NCBI GenBank assembly: GCA_002269645.1
Contig: NIVC01000552.1
Coordinates: 1-64,000 of the forward strand
Direction: 5' to 3'
Length of the DNA: 64,000 bases
From: Macrostomum lignano
Lineage: Eukaryota
Shown here: positions 10,987 to 39,517 of the stretch, one piece after another
Numbering within the stretch: position 1 is the stretch's first letter
Layout: the number at the start of each line of letters is the position of its first letter
The notes under the pieces: generated by a model
The model's input: only the letters and a program-made list of their open reading frames with translations
Told to the model about the DNA's origin: nothing
The model's database searches: none
Made by a program: the position numbers and the translations under genes

Positions 10987-11267
10987 GGGGTAGTAGCCTA
11001 GTGATTAAAAGCGTCAGACTCACGAGTGAAAGGTCGGAGGTTCGATTCTCGACCCACTCGAAACAAGCAAGACCTTGAGCAAGACACTTAACTCTGCATT
11101 GCTTCAGTTCACCCAGCTGTAAAATGGGTGCCAGCATTAGTTGGGGTAATTGAGGGTATGTGTGTGTGTGGCAACCACCCCCCCCCCTTAGTCCTTGGAC
11201 TGAACAGCCGTACGAAGCCTTCATTTAGAGCGGATGTAATTTTTCCTATTATCATTATTATTATTCA
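10987..11267 (+). mobile_element. tRNA-derived CORE-type SINE, family B
   Basis: tRNA-like head (tagcctagtg ... ggttcgattc); central accttgagcaagacacttaac...cttcagtt...ctgtaaaatggg resembling the MIR CORE; (ATT)n tail. Confidence 0.8.
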
Positions 11268-11289
11268 TTATGGTTGTGGTTTTTTTCTA

Positions 11290-11442
11290 ATCTGTCTGAA
11301 ACTGTCTATGGTTAAAGCTGTCGCTTCTGATCTCATTAAAACAGTGCATTATAGAGAAAATATCATCTGTCTACAACTGTCTATGGTTAAAGCTGTCGCT
11401 TCTGATCTCATTAAAACAGTTCATTATAGAGAAAATATCATT
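11290..11442. repeat. 75-bp tandem duplication
   Basis: Two copies of ...aactgtctatggttaaagctgtcgcttctgatctcattaaaacag.... Confidence 0.9.
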
Positions 11443-12229
11443 TCAAGTACATATGGAAAATTAATATATATTTCCATATTCTCCAGTTTAATCTGATTCA
11501 TTGTTTTAAATGCACCCCCCACTACGACTCGAATCATGCTAATTTTTGCAATATTCGTTCTCATTTATTTATATAATGTAGATATTTTTCTACTCATTTA
11601 TCGTACACAGAACTGTTCTTTTACTTATTCCTAACGATAAAAGATGTGCAATAAATTATTATTAAACATTGTTTATCCTTTTAATTGATTCTTTTTTCCT
11701 TTACTTTGTCTGTAAAGTCGGTTAGTTTAATTACTTGGTAGCTATAGTTATTTCCTTTCTTACTATCATCCCATTATGCCATCACCATTTTTATATACTT
11801 ATTACTTTTATACTGCTTTACTATTTTGGCACTTTAAGTGTACTTAAAAATAAAGGTATGATATTTACTCAAAGTTTAGCGAATTTCGCTGATTAAGTTA
11901 TTTACGAGCTATATTTGCTTTCTTTGCAAGTGTCAAATACATTCATTAACAGTCATTGATATCTTTGTGTAAATATTTGTTTACGATTCATTTAATACAA
12001 GATAAAACTACTATTATGTAGTAACTAACAGAAAATTATGTAAGAAAAAAATGACTTCCTGTTTTTGAAAAGCTTTCATATTTGTTGTACAATAGCTATT
12101 TTAGTTAATGATTTATAGTGACAATAGCAACCCCTTGTAGCATCGTGTGTTGGTCCAATCCAAGGGGCGGCAAAATTTCTTTATCTCAAGAACCAGATAA
12201 AGAATTCAAGCTCATGGCTGCGAGCCAGG

Positions 12230-12415
12230 TGAGAGAGGGAAATGAGAGGAAATAAATGAGAGATAAGAGGAAAGATTAAATATGGAAATACTCGTAGGAG
12301 AGGAGAGGGGAGATAAGAGAGGAAAGGAGAGGAGGAAGAGAAGAGGAGAGGCGAGGAGAGAGAAGATAAGATAAGGAAAAAGAGGATAGAAGAGAACTGA
12401 GAAGAGCCAGAGAGC
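12230..12415. repeat. GA-rich low-complexity tract
   Basis: Direct inspection. Confidence 0.8.
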
Positions 12416-12434
12416 TAAGAAGGTTTGCTCTTCT

Positions 12435-12495
12435 CTACCAATCAACCAATCGATCTGTCTGTCTACCACTCTACCCGTCCATCTATCTATCTATG

Positions 12496-12564
<69 letters not shown>

Positions 12565-12567
12565 GTG

Positions 12568-12606
<39 letters not shown>

Positions 12607-12704
12607 TTATCTATCTTTCTATCTATCTATCTATCTATCTATTTATCTATCTATCTATTTATCTATCTATCTATCTGTCTGTCTATCTATCTATTTGTCT
12701 GTCC

Positions 12705-12736
<32 letters not shown>

Positions 12737-12739
12737 GTG

Positions 12740-12771
<32 letters not shown>

Positions 12772-12774
12772 CTT

Positions 12775-12834
<60 letters not shown>

Positions 12835-12869
12835 TTATCTATCTATCTATTTATCTATCTATCTATCTG

Positions 12870-12910
<41 letters not shown>

Positions 12911-12983
12911 TTATCTATCTATCTATCTGTCTGTCTATCTATCTATTTGTCTGTCTATCTATCTATCTATCTATCTATCTGTG

Positions 12984-13061
<78 letters not shown>

Positions 13062-13332
13062 CCAATCAACCAATCGATCTGTCTGTCTACCACTCTACCC
13101 GTCCATCTATCTATCTATGTATCTATCTATCTATCTATGTATCTATCTTTCTATCTATCCATCTATCTATCTTTCTATCTATCTATCTATCCATCTATCT
13201 ATCTTTTTATCTATCTTTCTATCTATATATCTATCCATCTGTTTATCTATCTATCTATCTATCTATCTATTTATCTATCTATCTATTTATCTATCTATCT
13301 ATCTGTCTGTCTATCTATCTATTTGTCTGTCC

Positions 13333-13364
<32 letters not shown>

Positions 13365-13367
13365 GTG

Positions 13368-13399
<32 letters not shown>

Positions 13400-13467
13400 C
13401 ATCTATCTATCTTTCTATCTATCTATCTATCTATTTATCTATCTATCTATCTGTCTATCTATCTATC

Positions 13468-13524
<57 letters not shown>

Positions 13525-13527
13525 GTG

Positions 13528-13569
<42 letters not shown>

Positions 13570-14014
13570 CCAATCAACCAATCGATCTGTCTGTCTACCA
13601 CTCTACCCGTCCATCTATCTATCTATGTATCTATCTATCTATCTATCTATCTCGCTTCGCTCGCTCTTTCTCGCTATCTACTATCTATAGCCAGGACCTG
13701 CACCGGAGCGGTTACGAAAATTAGATTTCTCGGTAGTTGCACGTACTCTTTTGCACTACTTGAGTAGTCTGATTTTCGTTCGGCATGGCTGGTTCCAGCA
13801 GGTAGTTCCTCTGGATAAAAGCGCTTACCGCGCCCATTGGCTTTCCAGCTGCCTTAATCGTTTCCGGTGATCTTGTGTGCGTGCTTTCAGCGTGATTGGC
13901 TGCGGCAAGAGAGCTCGAAAGAGCTCGCTTCGCTCGCTCTTTCTCGCTATCTACTATCTATCTATCTATCTGTGTATCTATCTATCTGTCTATCTATCTA
14001 TCTATCTATCTGTG

Positions 14015-14063
<49 letters not shown>

Positions 14064-14090
14064 ATCTATCTATCTATCTATCTATCTGTG

Positions 14091-14143
<53 letters not shown>

Positions 14144-14146
14144 ATC

Positions 14147-14177
<31 letters not shown>

Positions 14178-14200
14178 CTATTTATCTATCTATCTATCTT
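12435..14200. repeat. Compound (TATC)n region with higher-order duplications
   Basis: A ~50-bp spacer accaatcaaccaatcgatctgtctgtctaccactctacccgtcc recurs at ~12438, 13061 and 13569; unique island at 13689-13923. Confidence 0.95.
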
Positions 14201-14320
14201 ACACAAACATTAAGCGGGCTGGATTGCTATTGTGAAGTTTCAATGGACCCGGACGCCGGATAGAGAGGCTTCGAGGGCCGGAGTCAAACCACAGACCACA
14301 CTAGATGCCATAGAAATCGT

Positions 14321-18428
<4,108 letters not shown>

Positions 18429-18699
18429 GTCCTGGCATTTCATTGTTGTGAAACTTTCTCTCTCCAGCTTCTCGTGGGTTTTAAATTCAACAATTACGAT
18501 AGTAAATAAACAGTCTTCGCTGTTGAACCACGTCTTAAGGAAACTTCTGCGTTCGAAAATATTTTTGATGGATTTTTCTGAGTTTCAGTTATTTCATTTT
18601 TAACCTCTTAAAACCCCAATTTAAAGATGGCTCGTTGAAAACGATACCGTGACAATAATCGCTAGTCGCAAAAACTCTCTAGTAAATCTAGCGACTCAA

Positions 18700-19040
18700 T
18701 TGTGACTTTTTAACGACTCAAGCACTCCAATGTGACGGAGAGTCGTCTGTTGCGTCGCGTGACTTGTAGAATCATAAAATAGTCGTGAAAGAGTCTTCCA
18801 AGAATCGTTGTGACGGCGCTCAATTTCGCCAGAGATGTGACTCTAATTCGTCGATCAAGCGACGCAAATGCGCTTCAAACACAACTCAGTGACTAGATAC
18901 AGTCGACTCTAGCATGCCTCAAATACGACTCTATATGGCCCCATAGTCGCAGACCATAAAACACTTCAAATTGACTCTGACGTCTTTTGAGCGACTTGTA
19001 ACCGTGACGACATCTCGGACGTCGTTTTAGAGTTGAAAAC
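18700..19040 (+). repeat. Dispersed GACTC/GAGTC-rich repeat, copy B
   Basis: Diverged homologue of 9475-9800. Confidence 0.7.
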
Positions 19041-19969
19041 TTGTTCAGGCTACTTGCTAGTAGCATCAACGAGATCTGATTTTGTAAAGATCTTACATGT
19101 ATATGTACTTTGAGCATGCAGGCACGGTGTGGGTCTGAATATTTGATGATAAACTGTGGATTATGGCCTCTGGGATCGAACGATCCCCGCTTAACAAGTT
19201 TTATTGACTTCATTTCCTGAGTGTTGCTGTTGGCAAGCCCTCGGATTTGGCATGATTGGCACACTGCATGCGTTTTTCAAGTGTTGGCAGACTTTATAGT
19301 AGCTAGTGGGGATTAATTAACATATGCTATGATCCTATCTGAGCCTTCAGTATGACCTGCTCATGCATATGAGAGCTCTACAAGATTGTCGAGTTCCTCC
19401 ATACTGTTAGGTATAGCTGCATGGCCTATACGCGCATTCCTATAAAATACAAGCACGCAATGCCGTACGAAATAGCCACACCCTACATAAAAATCAATAT
19501 AACACATTTACATACCTAGGGGTATGCTATCAGTGCAATGATGTATATAAATATACATGAAGTCGTATATAGATGCAAGCCACACCTGTTATGTAAATTT
19601 CGCTTTACAAAATGTACATGTAGTCCCTTTAGGAGCTGGGTCAAATGACCAATATTTCTAGCAATTACTGGGAATTGCTTTGCTATTTTGCTAATGGCTG
19701 TGTCTTGACTAAATGTGCACTTACTGCCAATGAGATACGCGAAGTCCATTATTTAGTATTTAATTAATGAGACGGCTTGATGCATGGCTAAAGCATTCAC
19801 AATGGAAATGCAGTTCAAACTCTACAGTAGTATAAGGTTTGGCAAACTGCGAAGCCTCTCTCTATCCGCGGTCCATGAGTTTTTTTGAAGCTTCGTTCGT
19901 GCAATATAGCAATCCAGCTCTTCTTACAAGTTGCTTTCTTCTCTCATATTTCTTCTATTTTTCATCACA

Positions 19970-20960
19970 TCATCGATCATCTTTCATCTTTTATCTCTTC
20001 TCGTTTTCTCATCCCATCTCTCATCTTTCTCGTCTTTCCTCCCCTTCACTTTTTCTCATCCCATCTCTCATGTCTCTCATTTTTCCTCCCCTTCCCTTTT
20101 CTCATCCCATCTCTCATCTTTCTCGTCTTTCCTCCCCTTCACTTTTTCTCATCCCATCTCTCATGTCTCTCATTTTTCCTCCCCTTCCCTTTTCTCATCC
20201 CATCTCTCATCTTTCTCGTCTTTCCTCCCCTTCACTTTTTTTATCCCATCTCTCATGTCTCTCATTTTTCCTCCCCTTCCCTTTTCTCATCCCATCTCTC
20301 ATCTTTCTCGTCTTTCCTCCCCTTCACTTTTTCTCATCCCATCTCTCATGTCTCTCATTTTTCCTCCCCTTCCCTTTTCTCATCCCATCTCTCATCTTTC
20401 TCGTCTTTCCTCCCCTTCACTTTTTCTCATCCCATCTCTCATGTCTCTCATTTTTCCTCCCCTTCCCTTTTCTCATCCCATCTCTCATCTTTCTCGTCTT
20501 TCCTTTCCTTCCCTTTTCTCATCCCATCTCTCATGTCCCTCATTTTTCCTCCCCTTCCCTTTTCTCATCCCATCTCTCATCTTTCTCGTCTTTCCTCCCC
20601 TTCCCTTTTCTCATCCCATCTCTCATCTTTCCTCTCTTCTCGTTTTCTCATCCCATCTCCCATCTTTCATCTCTTCTCGTTTTCTCATCCCATCTCCCAT
20701 CTTTCATCTCTTCTCGTTTTCTCATCCCATCTCTCATCTTTCTTCTCTTCTTTTTTTCCATCCCATCTCTCATCTCTTATCTTTCCTCTCGTTCCCTTAT
20801 CTCATGCCATCGCTCATCTGTCTCATCCTTCCTCTCTTCTCTTTCTCAAATCTTATCTTTCATCTCTCTCATCTTTTCTCTTTTTGCGTTTCTCTTTTTC
20901 TTCCACTCTCTCTCTCCTTTCATCTTATCTCTCATCTCATCGATCCTTTCTCGCCCCTCT
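19970..20960. repeat. Polypyrimidine minisatellite, 93-bp dimer of 46/47-bp units, decaying 3'
   Basis: tcatcccatctctcat... with period 93 (20068 to 20161). Confidence 0.92.
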
Positions 20961-21709
20961 CTTCTCGCGATCTTTATAGTCTCAACTATAAATATATACG
21001 GATTATACGGATTATATATGCGGATTATATATACGATCCGCTACATGTTTTATAAAACTACATGTATATAATTTGGCAATGTGCCAAAATCTCGTACCAG
21101 CCTACAGTCAAAATCGAAATTATTAATAAATAAATGCAAATTTTGCTCTGTTTTTGTACTAACTCTCTCTGCAGGAATTTTAGCTGGGAAAAGTATTGCT
21201 ACTACTTATAATTTACGTCAAGGGTCAAATACTGTAAACTCGTGTAGTTCTTAAGTGCCTGTGTGAACTGAACTCTGTCACAAGTCGCAGGAAACTCTCG
21301 AGCAGCAACTCCCCCAGAAGACCTTCCTTAAATACTCCTATATAGTCTGAGAAATATTGTCCAAAACACAGTTTATTATTAACTGCATGCTGATTGTGAC
21401 TGTGTATATAAGAACCGCGTGAGTGACTGATTAAAGGTGACAGTGAAAGGCAAGAAAAGTGTCTGAGCGGAGTGTTGAAAGCCCCCCCCCAACAACAGCT
21501 GTGTTGAATAAAAAATTACACAAAATGAAAGTATTTTACTTTCTTTGGCTTTTCTATAGTTTCCGCTAGCAGCACCAATCATTGTTTTCATTTGATTCTT
21601 TCAAATTTATTGCATGTACTATTTTCATTGTAGATTGAATCAGTTCAACTAGTTCAACTAGTCTAGTTCAACTTTCACGTTTGAGATTCTATGCGTGTGA
21701 AATATATTG

Positions 21710-22780
21710 GGTGTGGAACTATGGGGTTGTGGGATCTATGGGATGTGGGATCTATGGGGTTGTGTGATCGATGGGGTGTGGGATCTATGGAGTGTGGGAT
21801 CTATGGAGTGTGTGATCTATGGGGTTGTGGGATCTATGGGGTTGTGGGATCTATGGGGTTGTGGGATCTATGGGGTGTGTGATCTATGGGTGTGGGATCT
21901 ATGGAGTTGTGGGAACTATGGGGTGTGTGATCTATGGGGTTGTGGATCTATGGGATGTGTGATCTATGGGGTGTGGGATCTATGGGGTTGTGGGATCTAT
22001 GGGGTGCGGGATCTATAGGGTGTGGGATCTATGGGGTTGTCGGATCTATGAGGTGTGGGATCCATGGGGTGTGGGATCTATGGGGTGTGGGATCTATGGG
22101 GTGTGGGATCTTTGGGGTGTGGAATCTATGGGGTGTGGGATCTATGGGGTGCGTGATCTATAGGGTGTATGATCTACATGTATTGGGTTGTGGGATCTAT
22201 GGGGTTGTCGGATCTATGAGGTGTGGGATCTATGAGGTGTGGGATCTATGGGGTGTAGGATCTATGGGGTGTAGGATCTATGAGGTGTGGGATCTATGGG
22301 GTTGTCGGATCTATGAGGTGTGGGATCTATGAGGTGTGGGATCTTTGGGGTGTGGAATCTATGGGGTGTGGGATCTATGGTGTGTGGGATCTATGGGGTG
22401 TGGGATCTATGGGGTGTGTGATCCATTGGTTGTGTGATCTATGAGGTATGGGATCTATGGGGTGTGGGATCTATGGGGTGCGGGATCTATAGGGTGTGGG
22501 ATCTATGGGGTTGTCGGATCTATGAGGTGTGGGATCCATGGGGTGTGGGATCTATGGGGTGTGGGATCTATGGGGTGTGGGATCTTTGGGGTGTGGAATC
22601 TATGGGGTGTGGGATCTATGGGGTGTGGGATCTATGGGGTGTGGGATCTATGGGGTGCGGGATCTATAGGGTGGGTGATCCATTGGTTGTGTGATCTATG
22701 AGGTATGGCATCTATGGGGTGTGGGATCTGTGGGGTTTGGGATCTATGGTGTGTGGCATTTAAGGGGTACGCTGTCTATG
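21710..22780. repeat. 16-bp G-rich minisatellite (gggatctatggggtgt)
   Basis: Direct inspection. Confidence 0.95.
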
Positions 22781-23672
22781 TGGTATATCTATGGTGTATA
22801 AGTCAATCAATGTGATATTTAGTCCTAGTGGGTTCAAGATTGAAGGTAAATTTTGATAAAGTTGTGACATGCTCCTCTGCGCAAGTACACTACAGTACTA
22901 ATGCTGATTTTTCAGTAGCCACTGCAAAAAGATGCATGTTGGATTGAGAAAAATATAACTAACTGAGGAGGAGCTGAGCTAAAAACGCCCCAGTCCAGTC
23001 GTCGCCAGATCCATCCGGTTTTAACACTGTACAGCAGAATCCTGTCTGTCTGCTGTAGGGGCACGGATAGAGAAGGCGAACTGAGTACACTATAAATCCA
23101 TACCTTCAGACACTTCCCAATCTTGTCTTCCCTCTTAGTACGCGAGCTATGCTAGTACATGTGAGAAGGCCTTGAAAGTCTCCATGGCTTGGGAGATGCA
23201 CTCACAGATAGAGTCTGCATGGGTCTAATTGAGACTTGGCCTGCAGGAGAGAGAGGGTGGAAAGGGAAGGGGAAAATTGACGGCTTAAGGGATTTGAACG
23301 GGGACTCAGTTCCTCGGCTTTTTTGCGCGCTGGATTGTGACCGCACGGAGAGAAAGGGAGAGTCGGGGAGAGTCGGGAGGGCCCTCTCAAAGCCCTCCGT
23401 TCACCCCAGAAGCCTCGAGAGGGTCCAACCACCGTTGAGCAGAGCTGAGAGCTCAAACGTGAATGTACTTCTGCCTCAGACCAAATGCTGTTTATCTCTG
23501 TATATAAATATAGCCATAGGCTAGCGTGCCGGTAAAGGTTGAAGGCTGTTTTGGAGAGACAGACAGCCCAGTTTATGGTAGTCGTCTGACTTCTTTACCA
23601 GACTCCGCCTGCTCTTCATCACCATATTTTTACAGTCTATTCCTGAATCTCTGCCGACACGATAGAGACCGC

Positions 23673-35915
<12,243 letters not shown>

Positions 35916-36763
35916 TTTTTTGCAGTAATAACTACTATTCGACGAATTCAAGTTTAGGCACATTAGTTAAAACCGGATTGAAAATAGAAAAAATGTGGGT
36001 CCATTTTAACATTTGAACCATTTTAATTTTTGAAGCCCGGACGGACAGAATCTTAAATTCTGAACCTTTCGTAAAGGTTAATTATAAATTAAGTTGACTT
36101 AATTCTTCTATTATTAATTGTTTGTTAAAACAGCTGATGGTTACGAATTGCTGACAGTTCGGGGTCTATTTGATGTTTTAATCGTCCAGTTGTGGGTATT
36201 TTTATTTACGAATTATTAATTATTTAATATTTTGAACGTTTGATGAATTTGAACAAACTTTATTTCTGCCGCTTCTCTGTCATTTGTGTCAGCTTTCTGG
36301 ACGTCAACAGTTGCACCTCAGTAATTTAATTAATTGCGAACTACAATTTTAGCTGCCACAATCATATCTATCTATCTTACTACTTCCTTATCATTGTCAG
36401 TAGTACGTAAGATACGTGGCTAATTCTTTAAATTTCTGAGAGCTCTTTCCGCAAGCTCACAGAAGCTTTTTCCGTTTGTTTTTCTCATAATTTTTTTTTC
36501 ATTTTTTCTTGCCATTTCATATATTATGTTACCCATAATTCGCTTCCATTCTTGCACAATCATATTTGTTGTCTAGCTGTTTTGAAACATTTTTAACCCC
36601 TGTTAGCCTTTCTGCAGTTTTTTAGTTTTTTAAGCTTTTGGCTGTGTTGTAGTTTATTGTATTTAATATAAAAATTCAAATATTGTTTTTGCCTCTAAAA
36701 TCATATATCTGTTTAGATCTACACTATAATAAGAAAAATTCTGACAGTTCATAATTTGGGAAG

Positions 36764-36874
36764 GGCTATCCTGTAGTTTCGCACGTTAAATTATTACCCC
36801 CACCCCCACCACCCTTGAATAGAGGGCGAAATAATTCCGTAAAATAATTTAACGTGCGAAACTACAGGATAGCC
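36764..36874. mobile_element. 111-bp Mutator-type MITE
   Basis: Perfect 32-bp TIRs (36764-36795 and 36843-36874, ggctatcctgtagtttcgcacgttaaattatt); perfect 9-bp TSD tttgggaag (36755-36763 and 36875-36883). Confidence 0.9.
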
Positions 36875-37774
36875 TTTGGGAAGTATATTGTACTTCATAT
36901 TTTTTCTTGTATTTTCTAATTATTACTACATTTATTAATAAATAAATATAACAAGCTTTTTATTTGTTTAGCTAATCGGATCCTAAAAATAATTTTGTTA
37001 AGTTAATGTAAACACCGATGTTGATTTGTATTGTTCCTGTAATGAAACTGTAATGAACTGAATAGCCAAAGACCATAATTTGAATTTTCAATCGAGAGAT
37101 GCTGAATCAGAGCGGCGAACTGTTACCAAAAAATCGATGATTCATATTTATATTAGTTAATTATTAGTCATTAAAAACAAGCTTCAATCTTCATTATAAA
37201 CTGTCAAGCAAAATAAACAAGTACATACAGTAAAATATACATAGAATACAAATACAAATAATGCACAATGCGAAATAAATACAAAATATGATTGCTTTTA
37301 AAATAGATATAAAGATACATTACATTACTGAAGTGATCGAGATCTCAACTTACTATAAAAAATCTGTGGTTTACAAATAAAATCCAAGGACTACTAGACT
37401 ATAAGTATATAACGAAGTGTTCCTAGTGGTCCTTGATAAAATCTATCAAAAAAGTAAAAATCCTAATTATAGGATGGGGTAGCTAACAATTTTTTTACCA
37501 GAATATTTATAATTAATACAGAAATTTATGTAAACGTACATGCAAAGAATAATCTGTATGAATTTTAATTACAATTTTCCTTGGAGTTATTTAGGTCTGA
37601 GTAAAATTTCAAAAGCATCAATGTCTGTATCAACGGCTACTCAAGTAGGACGGGAAACTATACGTTTCTTGTAAAATTTTAGTAGAAAGGTTTTACCGAA
37701 AAATTATACATATTGGAGATAAATAGGAGGTTTTCAGAGATTTGTCTGATAAAGTCTCCTCCGCCGTTATTAAT

Positions 37775-38533
37775 ATTATTTATTATTTAGTATTATTATT
37801 ATTATTATTACTATTATTAACATTATTAATATTATTATTAATATTATTATTATTATTATTATTAACATTATTATTATTATTATTATTATCAACAGACGCT
37901 GGCGCAGGGGTCAGCGAAGCACCCGCTGGTGAAAAACTGCTGACTCTAGCCTAGTTGCAGACTGAGGGCTAAGGCCCAGAGCCTAGGCAAGTCAGTGAGA
38001 AGCGACGTGTCAGTCAGAGTGGCAGTCATGGGAACAGCTTCCAGCCCATAGGTCAGCACCGTCTCAACTGCCGAGCGGAAGAGGGCGACCTTCAAGCTGT
38101 CGGAGGCGAGCCGGCAGTTGAAGATGGAGCGGAGAAGGTGGGAGGCTCGCCAAGCCAGCTGCTTGCGGTTGTTAACAATGGCATCCGGGTCAGGACGCCC
38201 AGATACTTGAACTGGTTGCACTGGGCGATGGTGTTGCCGTCCGGTAGAAGCAGCGGTGAAGAGTTGGCAATGCCAACATGCAGCACCTATGTCTTGCCGT
38301 AGTTGATGTGGAGCCAGCCAGCTCGTCAGCCAGCCGACTCACCGCCCTCTGCGCAGCTTCGTGGCTGCAGCAGGTCAGCGCCAAGTCGTCGGCGTAGGCG
38401 AGGCAGGTCAGCTTTTGACACAGGGAAAGCGGGAGCTGCGGCGAGGCACCACTTCATAGCCGTCTTCGTCGCGCAGAGCCAGCCGCATGACGTAATCGGT
38501 CGGAATAACAAATAGAAACGGTGATAGGGTGTC
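37775..38533 (-). mobile_element. 5'-truncated degenerate RTE-like LINE with (TAA)n tail
   Basis: Minus strand encodes DTLSPFLFV, LAYADDLAL, QFKYLG and ETVLTYGLE with frameshifts; (ATT)n at 37775-37890 on the 3' side of the element. Confidence 0.85.
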
Positions 38534-38664
38534 AGCCAATCCATGCACAGATTTGGTGGGCGATTTTCCATTGGCTTCTTCCAGCAAATATATTGCTTAA
38601 ATTTCTTACCTGAATCAGAAGAAGCGTCTCAGAAACTGCGGTTTGGTCACTCTCTGGACTCCCA

Positions 38665-39517
38665 ATGCTGAAACTCTGCGCTCTGCTGCTCTGCTGGGCA
38701 AACGCTGCTGCGGTGCCGCCTCAACCGTTGGAGTTTCGCCACCTCGGCTGCTACGTGGATGGCGCTAGTGGCAACCGAGATCTTGTAGGACTGGAGGGGG
38801 TGAAAAAGTTCGGACAGTTTGAGACTCACCCCAATGTCCCAGGATTTGTTTTCGATGTCGCCAGGATGACACTGCAACTGTGCAGCCAGATGTGCTCTTA
38901 CGGCCGATTTCGCTACTTTGGAGTTCAGGCCGGGGGCTACTGCTGCTGCGGCTCGGCCTACGGATCGCACGGCATCGCACCGGCTGGCAACTGCAGCAGA
39001 GCTTGCAGCGGAAACTCGTCTCAGATTTGCGGTGGAAGATTTAGAAATTCTATCTACGAACTGACTTACTCACCAAGTAAGCATTCTGGATTAACGCAGC
39101 TCGTACAAGCTTAAACACAAGCTAATTTAGCTAAGGACGACTTTATAAAAACGCTGTGTTCTAAAGTAGTCCTTAAATGAGCGGTTTTACCAGCAATATT
39201 CGAATAACTCTGAGCGATAAAAATATCAAATAAAATATTGCCATTCCATATTTTTAACCAAACCTTCTGCAGTCGATCCGGTGATGCCGAAACTGCCCGT
39301 GACGTCTCTGCCAAACATCACAGCCTCCGCGAGCTCCGTCACTCACCGCAGCATCGCAGCCAGCAGCGCAGTTGAATGCGCCACCATCTGCTACGGCAGC
39401 CCGGACTGTCAGGGCTGCGCCTTCGCAGCTTCGAGCCGCATGTGCCGCCTGCTGAGATTCGCCGCTGTGCCCGCTGAGGTGGCCAGCGAGGCTGAGTGGA
39501 TCTGGATGAAGCTGTGA
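38665..39517 (+). CDS. Secreted WSC-domain + PAN/Apple-like protein (exons 38665-39076 and 39273-39517; 218 aa)
   Basis: Signal peptide MLKLCALLLCWANAAA; WSC pattern LGCY..MTLQLCSQMC..YFGVQAGGYCCCG..C..ACSGN..CGG...IY; phase-1 intron; second domain SAVECATIC..CQGC..MCRL. Confidence 0.85.
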
